Assembly: GCA_964019335.1 (NCBI GenBank) | Contig: OZ025740.1 | Coordinates: forward strand, 310,001 to 374,000 | Length of the DNA: 64,000 bases | Direction of reading: 5' to 3' | From: Diplonema japonicum | Lineage: Eukaryota > Protista > Euglenozoa: Diplonemea | In this document: piece by piece, positions 1 to 10,176 of the stretch | Numbering within the stretch: the first letter of the stretch is position 1 | Layout of the letters: each line of letters begins with the position of its first letter | The notes under the pieces: model-generated | Told to the model about the DNA's origin: nothing | What the model saw: the letters and a program-made list of their open reading frames with translations, nothing else | The model's database searches: none | Made by a program: the position numbers and the translations under genes

Positions 1-573
1 CACATACCCTTCTCCCCAGGTCGTCATCTGAGCCAAGTCCCAAAAGCAAAACCCCCCCTAGCACCCCGAGGCCCAAGCGAAAAAAGTAAGGAAGTGTCTA
101 ACCTATGGGTGGGTTTTACAATAAATTTCACTTCAATTCCTTATTCTATTCACTTCCCAGGGCCTTTGAGGGGCGTCTGGGGGTGTTTTTTGTCCCTCCT
201 GGGTGATGTATTTTCTTTTACACAAGCGTCGTTCTATGGTTGCATGCTCGAGGATGTTTTAATTTTAGAAAATAAAAAAGCCGATGGTGACCTTTTTTTT
301 TGCCCAAAAACCCCCATCCTTTAATGTTTAATGGTTAAAACAAAAAACAAAAGCAAAAACAAAAGGAAATAAACTTTTTTCGACACCACACACCCCATTT
401 AGTGTCTTTGCAAATGAGGAAATATAAATGAAGAAGGTAAAAATAGAGACACGGCAAGAAGCTACCTGTCTGATGTCTTGGCGCGGACATCCCATACAGC
501 TCAAAAGCCCCTTCAGCTAAAACAGAAAGTAAAGCTAAACAAGACAAAGCTGCCGCTTTTTTATTTATTTTTT

Positions 574-1764
574 TTAATTACTGTATACCACACATGGTCC
601 CGCTGGTATGCGAAGCTTTAAGAGGCTAAAATTGTCAGTACCTCTTCTTAAAACTATGGTTTCTAGTTTGTCGCACCCATTCAGGAAGCGACAAGCAACA
701 GAAAAAAGTTTGGCCATCGAACTCAAGTCGATGGTTTCTAGCTTTTTGCACCCTGACAAGAAGTGAGAACCAATAGAATAAAGATTGGTCATCGCATTCA
801 AGTCGATGGTTTCTAGGTTTTCGCACCCTGACAAGAAGTAATGACCAATAGAATAAAGTTTGGTCATTGAACTCAAGTCGATGTTTTCTAGTTTGTCGCA
901 CCCTGACAAGAAGAAAGAACCAATAGAATAAAGATTAGTCATCGCATTCAAGTCGATGGTTTCTAGATTTTTGCACCTTGACAAGAAGCTATGACCAATG
1001 GAATAAATATTGGTCATTGAGCTCAAGTCGATGGTTTTTAGTTCTGTGCAACATGACAAGAAGTCATCACCAATGGAAGAAAGATTGGTCAGCGCATTCA
1101 AGTCGATGGTTACTAGTTTGTCGCACCATGACAAGAAGTCATCACCAACGGAAGAAAGATCGGTCATCGCATTCACGGAGATGGTTTCAAGTTTTCTGCA
1201 TTTTGTCAAAAACTTACCACCAATGGTGGAAACATTGGGGAGGATGAGATCAACAGACGTCAGGTGGTCGCACTCTTCAAGAAACTTATTGTCTATTCTT
1301 GTAACACAGCCTGTGGAGTCGGTGACAATGAGGAACCGAAGTCCAGAAGGAAGGTCACTGCTGCTCATGGACAAGACTTCGACAGCTGGAGAGTACCCCA
1401 CCTCCACCACCAGAACCAGCTCAGGGTCAGCTGACACAAGACCCTCAAGCTCAGAAACCACTTCTGAGTTCTTGTCCTTCAGCTCTTCCAGACGGACTGT
1501 TCTCCTCTTGTTCACCTCCACATGGACCACGGAGCCCTCCACAAACCCAAGTGAATGAACCTCTTCACCACCATTCCTGTCCAGGACCTCTCCCTCCCAA
1601 ACCAGTTTGAACTTGCCTTCGAGTAAACTAGCAGCACACCCAGCCTTCTTGTACAGGCTCCCCACCGTCTCCTTCCCTGACACTTCCACATCGTGAGTCC
1701 CGCCTCCCGTCTTCACGAACACTGTCATATCGTTCACCCCTTCATCTGATCTCTTCCCATTCAT
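574..1764 (-). CDS. Ubiquitin-like domain + BspA-type LRR protein, copy 1 (9 LRR units)
   Basis: ORF 574..1851. Likely start MNGKRS at 1764, matching the paralog starts. N-terminal UBL-like pattern (MTVFVKT..HDVEVSGKETVGSL..KLVWEGEVLD..GSVVHV) followed by 25-aa repeats IGxxFLxxCxxLETIDLxxMTNLxS. Confidence 0.88.
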   Translation of the reverse strand: MNGKRSDEGVNDMTVFVKTGGGTHDVEVSGKETVGSLYKKAGCAASLLEGKFKLVWEGEVLDRNGGEEVHSLGFVEGSVVHVEVNKRRTVRLEELKDKNSEVVSELEGLVSADPELVLVVEVGYSPAVEVLSMSSSDLPSGLRFLIVTDSTGCVTRIDNKFLEECDHLTSVDLILPNVSTIGGKFLTKCRKLETISVNAMTDLSSVGDDFLSWCDKLVTIDLNALTNLSSIGDDFLSCCTELKTIDLSSMTNIYSIGHSFLSRCKNLETIDLNAMTNLYSIGSFFLSGCDKLENIDLSSMTKLYSIGHYFLSGCENLETIDLNAMTNLYSIGSHFLSGCKKLETIDLSSMAKLFSVACRFLNGCDKLETIVLRRGTDNFSLLKLRIPAGPCVVYSN

Positions 1765-2346
1765 GTTCTTTTTCTTTTCGTTCTCCCCCCCCCCCCCCCA
1801 AGCCCTTTTTTTTGCTTTGGTTTTTAGTTTCCCTGTGCTTGTCTTTTGCACTGCAGCCGAGTAGCTTCTCCTACTAAAAAATAAATGGGTGTTGGAAAGT
1901 TCTTTTTTTCGGGGGGGGATCGGGAATAGATAAGGCTGCTCACAAACTGCTTTTGTAAATGTCTTCTTTTTTTTTCCCCCCCTCTTTTTATGGCACTCTT
2001 CTTATCCTTACACTAATCTCGACAATTGACCACATGTCATGCCCTCCATTGCATTTCCCATAAGGGCAAATGGAGGAAACATAAAAGATGAAAGCGTAGA
2101 AAGACTTTCTTTTGTACAAAATATATCTTTTTTTTTTTTTTTTTATTTCTGTGTTCTTCCTCCCGGTGGGCACCTTAGCTACTGCTAAAATGTCAGTGCC
2201 TCCTTTTTTAAAATGAGGCATTTTTCCTCTTTTTTTTTTACCCAAACCTCCACCTTTTAATGGTTTTAAAACAAAGGGGCGACGTGTGACATCAGGCCAT
2301 CTGATTTTCATTTAGCTATTTTCTTTTTTTTTTTTTTTCTTTTTTC

Positions 2347-3459
2347 TTAATTACCGTATACTACACATGGTCCCGCTGGTATGCGAAGCTTTAAGAGGCT
2401 AAAATTATCGGTGCCTCTTCTTAAAACTATGGTTTCTAGTTTGTCGCACCCATTCAGGAAGTGAGAACCAATAGAAAAAAGTTTGGCCATCGAACTCAAG
2501 TCGATGGTTTCTAGTTTTTCGCACCCTGACAAGAAGTCATGACCAATAGAATAAAGACTGCTCATCGCATTCAAGTCGATGGTTTCTAGGTTTTCGCACT
2601 TTTCCAAGAAGTGAGAACCAATAGAATAAAGTTTGGTCATTGAACTCAAGTCGATGGTTGCTAGATTTTTGCACTCTGACAAGAAGAAAGAACCAATGGA
2701 ATAAAGATTGGTCATCGAGCACAAGTTGGTGGTTTTTAGTTCTGTGCACCTAAACAAGAAGGAAGAACCAATGGAAGAAAGATTGGTCATCGAACTCAAG
2801 TCGATGGTTTCTAGTTTGTCGCACCATGACAAGAAGTCATCACCAACGGAAGAAAGATCGGTCATCGCATTCACGGAGATGGTTTCAAGTTTTCTGCATT
2901 TTGTTAAAAACTTACCACCAATGGTGGAAACATTGGGGAGGATGAGATCAACAGACGTCAGGTGGTCGCATTTCTGAAGAAAGTTTTCGTTTATTCTTGT
3001 AACACAGCCTGTGGAGTCGGTGACAACGAGGAACCGAAGTCCAGAAGGAAGGTCACTGCTGCTCATGGACAAGACTTCGACAGCTGGAGAGTACCCCACC
3101 TCCACCACCAGAACCAGCTCAGGGTCAGCTGACACAAGACCCTCAAGCTCAGAAACCACTTCTGAGTTCTTGTCCTTCAGCTCTTCCAGACGGACTGTTC
3201 TCCTATTCACCTCCACATGGACCACGGAGCCCTCCACGAGCCCAAGTTCTTGAATCTCTTCACCACCGTTCCTGTCCAGGACCTCTCCCTCCCAAATCAG
3301 TTTGAACCTCCCTTCGAGTAAACCAGCAGCACACCCCGCCTTCTTGTACAGGCTCCCCACCGTCTCCTTCCCTGACACTTCCACATCGTGAGCCTCGCCT
3401 CCCGTCTTCACGAACACTGTCATATCGTTCACCCCTTCATCTGATCTCTTCCCATTCAT
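2347..3459 (-). CDS. UBL + BspA-type LRR protein, copy 2 (8 LRR units)
   Basis: Intact 370-aa ORF, tandem paralog of copy 1 with the same C-terminal cap (LRRGTDNFSLLKLRIPAGPCVVY). Confidence 0.9.
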   Translation of the reverse strand: MNGKRSDEGVNDMTVFVKTGGEAHDVEVSGKETVGSLYKKAGCAAGLLEGRFKLIWEGEVLDRNGGEEIQELGLVEGSVVHVEVNRRTVRLEELKDKNSEVVSELEGLVSADPELVLVVEVGYSPAVEVLSMSSSDLPSGLRFLVVTDSTGCVTRINENFLQKCDHLTSVDLILPNVSTIGGKFLTKCRKLETISVNAMTDLSSVGDDFLSWCDKLETIDLSSMTNLSSIGSSFLFRCTELKTTNLCSMTNLYSIGSFFLSECKNLATIDLSSMTKLYSIGSHFLEKCENLETIDLNAMSSLYSIGHDFLSGCEKLETIDLSSMAKLFSIGSHFLNGCDKLETIVLRRGTDNFSLLKLRIPAGPCVVYGN

Positions 3460-3535
3460 GTTCTTTTATCCTTGTTCTTTCCCCCCCCCCCCCCCCACAC
3501 CCTTTTTGCTTTCTTTATTTCCCCTGTGTGTGTGC

Positions 3536-3569
<34 letters not shown>

Positions 3570-4217
3570 CTGCAGGGGTGCAACATAAAAGAGAAAAAAG
3601 GGAAAAGAAAAGAACATAAAAATAAAAAGATGAAGGAGGCTGTGTGTTGGTGCCCCACTACTTCATTACATGGGGCGGTGCATCTCGAAAGAAAAGAATC
3701 AATCTTTTACGCCGCGGTCAACCACCACAGTCGGCTCCAAATGTTCCCGCCTTTAGGTGGGGGTGGGGGAAACGAGCAAGAAAATGACGGGGGAGTTGAA
3801 GAAAAAAAAGAGAGAAGCGTTCCCATTTGCCATGCATACACGAAGGCTGCTCAGCAGACAAATGTCACTTGTAGGTGTTTGTTTTTAGGTGAAACAAGCA
3901 CCTACTATGGGCAAGATCAACCAGGCTACTTGTCACTTTAACCGCCGATGGTTTACCGAGGTACCCCATATGAGATATGTGACAAAACCCATGAGGTGCC
4001 AATGCGCCCCTTATCGCGGAGAAAAAAAAAAAGAAGAAAAAAGAGGAAGAAGAGTGAGGGATATAACAAAACCCCCACCTGACAAATGTATCACAAGAGG
4101 GAGGAAGGTATTAAAAAAAATAAATAAAAATAAAAAAAGAGGAGAGGGTGGGGCGATTTAATTCTGTTTTTTTTTCTTTTTGTTTTTCTTCCTTTTTTTT
4201 ATTTTCTTTTCTTTCTA

Positions 4218-4248
<31 letters not shown>

Positions 4249-4371
4249 CCAGAGAGAAAAAAAGGAGAAAAAACAAGAATCTATCTATAGAAAGATCCAC
4301 ACCCACCCTCCCCAAAGAAAAAGACTGGAAAAAAAAAAAAGAAAGAATGGGCCGAAGGAACGAGGGTCCTT

Positions 4372-4414
<43 letters not shown>

Positions 4415-4492
4415 CCCTGTTCTTTTTCTTTTTTTTTTTCCATGTCTGTAGAAATAAAATAAATAAATGCCCGAGCCGCAAGAAAAAAAAAA

Positions 4493-4680
4493 GTTGGGTC
4501 TCTTAAGGGAAGTGGGTTAGAGGTTTCGCACTGACTGCGATTTACGGCAAACAATCTTGCCTGTGAAACTCTTTCATTTTTCGGATAATCTTCGGGGGAA
4601 CGAAGACAGGTAACGCAAAGTGGCCTGGTGAAGCTCCTTCAAACCAGTCCGAAAAACGGCAGTCGTTTCTTTCCGTAAAC
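4493..4680 (+). ncRNA. Candidate structured RNA or cis-element, copy 1 (unclassified)
   Basis: Multiple complementary segments: TTTACGG/CCGTAAA, GACTGC/GCAGTC, TTGCCTGT/ACAGGTAA, TTTTTCGGA/TCCGAAAAA, TCTTCG/CGAAGA, CTGGT/ACCAG. A second copy lies at 9325-9491. Confidence 0.4.
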
Positions 4681-4945
4681 AAAAAAAAAAGAAAAAGAAA
4701 AAAAAGGGGGGAAGTGAGAGTTTGGCTTTTTTTTAGCATTTTGTTTGTGCATCACACGAATAAAAAAAAGAAATATTGCATGCTAATCACTTTTTTTTTT
4801 TTTTTTTTTTCTTTTTTAGCAAATAACAATGGGACCCACCAAAAATAGGGGTAGGTTGCGCCGCTTGCAGAAGATCGCCGTTGTAAAGTTTTTTGAAGTA
4901 GCAAGCAAGCCTGGCACCCACTTTTTTTTTTTTATCCCAAGAAAA

Positions 4946-5045
4946 CCGAGTACAGCACTTGTTAAAAAAAGAAGGTGGCGGTTGATGATGTTGTTGATTG
5001 TGAACAGTAGAGGGATAAGCCCAACAATGCTACACCCACTACTAC
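4946..5045 (+). repeat. Diverged copy of the dispersed GGATAAGCCCAACAATG SINE-like repeat
   Basis: Near-identical to 9620-9720. The core is shared with copies at 20551, 58891, 59500 and 61839. Confidence 0.7.
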
Positions 5046-5078
5046 AAAAAAGAAGAAAAAAATTTTAAAAAAAAAGGA

Positions 5079-8000
5079 TTATTTTCCTCTGCTCACCACC
5101 ATGCTGCGGTAAAGCCCATCACACCTCTCCATCAACTCACCTGGGGCCCCAACCTCCACAAGCTTACCCTTGTCCAAAGCAAGGATGAGGGTACTATCTG
5201 CGATGGTTTCCATGCGGTGGGCTATCGTGACGATGGTGGCTTCCTTGAAAACGTCTGCGTCCCTTATGGCGGCCTGTATAATCTTGTCGGTCGAGAAATC
5301 GACATTTGCAGTTCCCTCGTCAATGAGGACCACGCGTGCCTTGCAGAGCATGCAACGGGCGAGCGAGAAGAGCTGCCTGTGACCCGTACTGAGGTTGGCA
5401 CCTCCTTCAGCGATCAGGTCGTCCAAGGAGGAGAAGGTTTCTTTGAGCTGAACCTTCTCTAACACACCCCACAGGTCATCGTCAGAGCACTCCTCAAAGG
5501 GGTCGAGGTTGTACCGCACTGTCCCCGTGAACAAGACAGGCTCCTGGGGGATTAGCGTTATGGCCGACCTTCGTTGCTGTAAAGGCATGGCCGCCACATC
5601 TTTACCATCAAGGAAGACCTGCCCTCCCACAACCTCATTCAGACCCAACAGCGACTGGAAAAACGATGATTTCCCACTGCCCGTCCGCCCGACCACTCCG
5701 ACTCTGCTCCCTTGCGGGATATCCACCGTCATCCCTTGCAACACGACAGGGAGGTCCGAGCGGTACCTCACCGATAGGTTGGCCAGCCGGATCGCCCCTG
5801 TCCTCGGCCACTCCTCGTCCATTGTTTTTATCTGCAGCAAACAACCTTCCTCCTCTTCGGGCGGCAGCGAGGTGTAGTACAAGAGACGTTCCACGGAAGT
5901 CATCATGGTCTCCACCAAGCTTGAGTTCCTTGCCATGTACTGAAGTGTTTCCCCCAAAGACAGGGAGTATGTGAGGGCCAAGGCGTACACAGACGTCGAG
6001 ACCGTGTCCTTCAGGACAAGCCCCATCCCGGAAAGCAGCGTCACGAGAACCGCGCACATGATGTCCAGTCTGAAGCCGATCCATCTGTTCCCGATGAACC
6101 ACCAGTACCACGGCTTGGCCATCGCTTCCAGCCTCATCCCGAAGGCGTGTTGTATCTCGTCTTGTTTCTGAAAGGCTTTGATCGAGGTGATCCCGTTCAG
6201 GTTCGCGGAGAAGGCAGCGAAGACAGGCGACCTGCTCACCCCGTCAAGCCTTTTCAGTTCCCGCAATGAGCTCGTCGCATATGCCCGTAGCCATACAAAG
6301 ATACCGATTAAGAATGGGAGCGCGATTGCGATCCATGGGATAGCAATGCAGACAAGCACCATCACCCCAAGCACCATGAAGGCCATTTGAAGCGTGTCGA
6401 AAAAGAGCACCGGAAGCTGCTCGTCTATTTGCCCGAGGTCCGCACTGAACCTGTTGATGATACGGCCCAAAGGGTTTGATGTGAAGAAGGACATCTTCGT
6501 CCGCAACACCGAGGCAAAGGAAGAGTCGTGGATGTAGCTGTTCGCCCTCACCGTGATGAAGAAGAAGAGAAAAGCACGCATCAGGCCGAGCGAGAAGGTC
6601 GAGGCACAGACACCACCGTAGACTGCGAGGTAAAAGTGGTTCTGCTGCTCGTTTAAATCGTTGTCCGCCCAGCTGCTGAGGAAGTAGTCCCCGTACATCA
6701 TCGACAGCTGCCCGCTGAACAGTCCGACCAACACCACTGTTGCAAGGAACCGTCCCCCCGCTTTGATGTACTCCGCATAGGTCGTCCCTGTGACAGCTCC
6801 CCTTGCACGGTCTTCCGTTTCAACGAGCTTCACGGCAGCGTCCCTTTCTTCCTTTTCGTTTTCTTCTTCGTTTTCGTTTTCCTTTTCGTTTTCATCTGTG
6901 GTTTCATCTTGTGGTTTCAAAACTGTGGTTGGAGCAGCAGCAGCAATGGGCTCATGAGGAGATCCATGGTAAGAAACGGTCCCCTCGTCGGTCAGGGTTA
7001 CAATGCAGTTCGAGTATGACGCTGCCTTGGGCTGGTGGGAAACGAGCAAGATCCCGACTTTCTCCAAGGAGAGGATCGCACGCAGAGACTCGAGCAGGGC
7101 ATCGCAGACGCAAGGGTCCACTGCGGCCAGGGGATCGTCCAGGAGGAGGAGGCAAGCATCGGAGTACAATGCGCGCGCCAAGCTCACCCTCGCCTTCTGT
7201 CCGCCAGAGAGGTTCACCCCGCGTTCACCGATCTCGGTCAAGTCGCCGTTTTGAAGCTGCTTCATATCCGTGTCGATGCATGTTGCCTGCAGCACCTGGT
7301 GGTACCTCTCTTCTTCGAACGTTGAGCCGAACACGATGTTGTCCCTCACCGTACCAGCGATGATCCACGGGCTTTGCGGGCAGTATGCAACGGGGCCCCT
7401 CACCCTCACGCTTCCCTTTGTCACTGCTGCCTCCGACAGGATCGCCGACAATACTGTTGACTTCCCGCATCCGACCGCCCCTGACAGTGTTGCCATCTCC
7501 CCCTTCGCCACCTTCAGGTTCAAGCCAGAGACCACGTCGTCGCCTTCTTCCCACGAGCACGACATGTTTTCAATGTGCAAGACAGTGCTTTCCCCCCTCG
7601 GTAAAGGGTGGTCCGACACACCGTTGTCCTCGCCGGCTTCGAGGAACTCCTGTATACGCAGGATGGCAACGTGCATTTCCGGAACCGCTTCCAAGGCTCT
7701 CGAGAGCTTCTTCCCCATCGAGAAGCGAAGGGCCTGCAGCAGTGCGATGGTTGGGTAGGCGCTGTCTATCTCGAGCCGTTGCCCGTTGACGTAGATATAG
7801 ATGGAGAAGATGGCGAAGGACGCCAGGGCGGGTGCGGAGAAATATATCCCGAGGTTGAAGGCTTTTACCAGCTGCGACTTTAGAATCCACGAGGCCTCCG
7901 TGCGCCGAATGCGGGAAACCATCTTTTGGAAGGGTGTCTCCCACAGGGCCGCCTTCACGCTCAGCATGCCGCTGAGGAGCTGTGCTGTGAGGGACACTCG

Positions 8001-8873
8001 TTTGTCCGTTGCCTGTGCTGTCTCGTGTCGGAACCGCGACAGGAATCTCGCGCTGTTCAGCTGCATCAGGCTCACCATGGCGAGCACCCCGACACCTGCA
8101 GCCGCAGGACCGTAACCGACGTTTACCGACATCAAATAGTAGCAGACAACACAGTCCAAAAGGGACACCCACATGAACTGGACGTATACCATGCCTTGGT
8201 CAAACCTGAGCACGTCCGTCGAGACCAGGTTCATGATCTTCCCGTTCGTGTGCGCCATCCTCCCCGAGTAGCTCGAGTGAAGCAGCTTCTCGTGGATCAA
8301 AGCCGTGCACCCCATTCTGCAGCACCAACCCGTCCGCATCCCGTAGTAGAACAGCTGGTGGTGGATCACGGCGACTAAGAACGAACAGGCAACAAACCCG
8401 GCAGTTAGAAGACTGCCCTCCAGTAGGTCGCTGTCGTCGCCCTTGAACCAGGTCAAGAGGTAGCCTAGCAGAACAGGCTGTCCGATCACACAGGCAGATT
8501 CTCCGAAGGCGTAGAAGGCGGATAGGTAGAACTCCTCCTTGAAGGCGTGGTACAAGGCCCTCCAGAACCTCCATTTGTCCGAGCCCGTTCCCTTCACCTT
8601 GTTCCACCCCATTAGGAGTTTTCGATGCTGCGTGTGGGTGGTGTCGTTGTCGGCTAGCGGGGGCAGATCTTCGGCGTTCAGCGGCCTTGTCCACCCCAAG
8701 GCCAGCAAGGGGTTGATGTACGAATAGTTCACCTTTGACACCCAGCTGCCTTCTTCCCTCGGGGCTTTCTTTTCCTCCTCCGCCTTCTCCCGCCATGATT
8801 GTTGTTGGGTGCCGTTGTTCTTTCTTACGTTCTCTTGCCCCGCCGGAAGCGGGTTCTTTTCGGTTGCAGACAT
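5079..8873 (-). CDS. ABC transporter subfamily C (MRP-like, TMD-NBD-TMD-NBD, no TMD0)
   Basis: Walker A GAVGCGKS and GRTGSGKS, signature GVNLSGGQKAR, LLLDDPLAAVD, NPLGRIINRFSAD, IPQEPVLFTGTVRYNLDPF. Likely start MSATEK at 8873 after an A-run. Confidence 0.95.
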   Translation of the reverse strand: MSATEKNPLPAGQENVRKNNGTQQQSWREKAEEEKKAPREEGSWVSKVNYSYINPLLALGWTRPLNAEDLPPLADNDTTHTQHRKLLMGWNKVKGTGSDKWRFWRALYHAFKEEFYLSAFYAFGESACVIGQPVLLGYLLTWFKGDDSDLLEGSLLTAGFVACSFLVAVIHHQLFYYGMRTGWCCRMGCTALIHEKLLHSSYSGRMAHTNGKIMNLVSTDVLRFDQGMVYVQFMWVSLLDCVVCYYLMSVNVGYGPAAAGVGVLAMVSLMQLNSARFLSRFRHETAQATDKRVSLTAQLLSGMLSVKAALWETPFQKMVSRIRRTEASWILKSQLVKAFNLGIYFSAPALASFAIFSIYIYVNGQRLEIDSAYPTIALLQALRFSMGKKLSRALEAVPEMHVAILRIQEFLEAGEDNGVSDHPLPRGESTVLHIENMSCSWEEGDDVVSGLNLKVAKGEMATLSGAVGCGKSTVLSAILSEAAVTKGSVRVRGPVAYCPQSPWIIAGTVRDNIVFGSTFEEERYHQVLQATCIDTDMKQLQNGDLTEIGERGVNLSGGQKARVSLARALYSDACLLLLDDPLAAVDPCVCDALLESLRAILSLEKVGILLVSHQPKAASYSNCIVTLTDEGTVSYHGSPHEPIAAAAPTTVLKPQDETTDENEKENENEEENEKEERDAAVKLVETEDRARGAVTGTTYAEYIKAGGRFLATVVLVGLFSGQLSMMYGDYFLSSWADNDLNEQQNHFYLAVYGGVCASTFSLGLMRAFLFFFITVRANSYIHDSSFASVLRTKMSFFTSNPLGRIINRFSADLGQIDEQLPVLFFDTLQMAFMVLGVMVLVCIAIPWIAIALPFLIGIFVWLRAYATSSLRELKRLDGVSRSPVFAAFSANLNGITSIKAFQKQDEIQHAFGMRLEAMAKPWYWWFIGNRWIGFRLDIMCAVLVTLLSGMGLVLKDTVSTSVYALALTYSLSLGETLQYMARNSSLVETMMTSVERLLYYTSLPPEEEEGCLLQIKTMDEEWPRTGAIRLANLSVRYRSDLPVVLQGMTVDIPQGSRVGVVGRTGSGKSSFFQSLLGLNEVVGGQVFLDGKDVAAMPLQQRRSAITLIPQEPVLFTGTVRYNLDPFEECSDDDLWGVLEKVQLKETFSSLDDLIAEGGANLSTGHRQLFSLARCMLCKARVVLIDEGTANVDFSTDKIIQAAIRDADVFKEATIVTIAHRMETIADSTLILALDKGKLVEVGAPGELMERCDGLYRSMVVSRGK

Positions 8874-9061
8874 TTTTTTTTTCTTTTCTTCTTTTTTTTT
8901 GATTTTTTGGTTTGTTGTAAAACTAGCTGTGGTGGTGGTGGTGGGGTTTCTTTTTTTTTTTTTGGTGGAAACAAAAGATAATAGGAATAGATATGGGAAA
9001 GGGGGGGGGGGGGGGGGGGGTGTCAACAGACCCCTCCCCACGTAAGAATTTAAAAATAATA

Positions 9062-9112
9062 AAAAAGAAAAGGTGCAGCAAAGCACAGAGAAGAAAAGAA
9101 AATGAGTGCTAG
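9062..9112 (-). promoter_or_regulatory. Pyrimidine-rich upstream motif shared with the ABCG gene (12082-12131)
   Basis: AAAAGAAAAGGTGCA...AAGAAAATGAGTGCTAG is present upstream of both ABC genes and is pyrimidine-rich on the coding strand. Confidence 0.55.
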
Positions 9113-9324
9113 CTAGACACAATGCAGGTGCTAGAACAGTATTGCATGTACTTACTAATCAAAAGGAGGGAGGGAATTTTAAAAAAAAAAAAAAGTGACG
9201 AAGTACTTTTTTCTTTTCTTTTTTTTTTTTAAAAGTTTTGCTGGGTTGTCGAAAACAAAGAAAAAGAAAAAAAAGGAAATAAAAATAAATATCCCGAGCC
9301 GCAAGAACAAAAGAAAAAAAGAAA

Positions 9325-9491
9325 AGTTGGGTCTCTTAAAAAGGGAAGTGGGTTAGAGGTTTCGTACTGACTGCGATTCACGGCGAACAATCTTGCCTGT
9401 GAAACTCTTTCATTTTTCGGATAATCTTCGAGGGAACGAAGACAGGTAACGCAAACCTGTCCAAAAACGGCAGTCGTTTGTTTCTGTGAAC
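9325..9491 (+). ncRNA. Candidate structured RNA or cis-element, copy 2
   Basis: Homolog of 4493-4680. The outer stem reads TTCACGG/CTGTGAA (compensatory change plus G-U), and one internal hairpin is deleted between CAAA microhomologies. Confidence 0.4.
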
Positions 9492-9619
9492 AAAGGGAGA
9501 TAGAAGAGAGAAAGAAAAAGAGGGGGAAAAAAGGAGAGGGGGGAGGGGAAAAAAAGAGTGAGGCTATCACTTGTCTTTTTTTTTTTTTTCTTTTTTTTTT
9601 CCCGCTCTTTACAAGAAAG

Positions 9620-9720
9620 CTGAGTACAGTACTTGTTAAAAAAAGAAGGTGAAAAGTTGATGATGTTGTTGATTGTGAACAGTAGAGGGATAAGCCCAAC
9701 AATGTTACACCCACTACTAT
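9620..9720 (+). repeat. Diverged copy of the dispersed SINE-like repeat
   Basis: Near-identical to 4946-5045. Confidence 0.7.
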
Positions 9721-10017
9721 TCATTCTCTTTTTTTTAATAAAAAAGAAAAGAAAAAGGATTATTTTCGAGCAAAAAAAAAAAGGGGGTTTCTTTGCTCGG
9801 CCATGAGTTTCTCCCCCCCCCCCCCCCCCCCGTTCTCGAGACTTAATTCTTAATTCTTTTCCTCGTGAGGGGGAAATCATAAGAAATTTGATAAACTTCG
9901 GTGTGGGTGCTCACCGTAAGAAAGAAAAAACTATAGTCAGAGAAAGACAACAAGTGTGGTCTTCGGTGTGTTGGGAACATCATGCAGACCACTGTTTGAA
10001 ATCTTTATGTACTGAAA

Positions 10018-10049
<32 letters not shown>

Positions 10050-10176
10050 CAACGAAAAACCAAAATCCACCATGATACGAAAACGACGTGTGGCTAGTAG
10101 CGGCCTACCGCGGTGGTGTTGCCCTACCTTTTGAAAGAAAAAAAACAAAACCAAAAAAAGAAACTCTCAAACTTTT

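Noticed and set aside
600-1260. 75-bp periodic repeats with variable segments resembling a CRISPR array
   Set aside because: They are in-frame LRR codons within ORFs. There are no unique spacers or cas genes, and the context is eukaryotic.
4508-4525. Telomerase template-like CTAACCC on the minus strand
   Set aside because: Only 7 nt match, less than the 1.5 repeats expected, and the G-U pairs favour the other strand.
8874-9122. N-terminal ORF extensions (also 1765-1851, 24473-24628, 26697-26762, 60470-60754)
   Set aside because: They translate homopolymer tracts from non-ATG or upstream starts. Paralogs and signal peptides point to the downstream ATGs.
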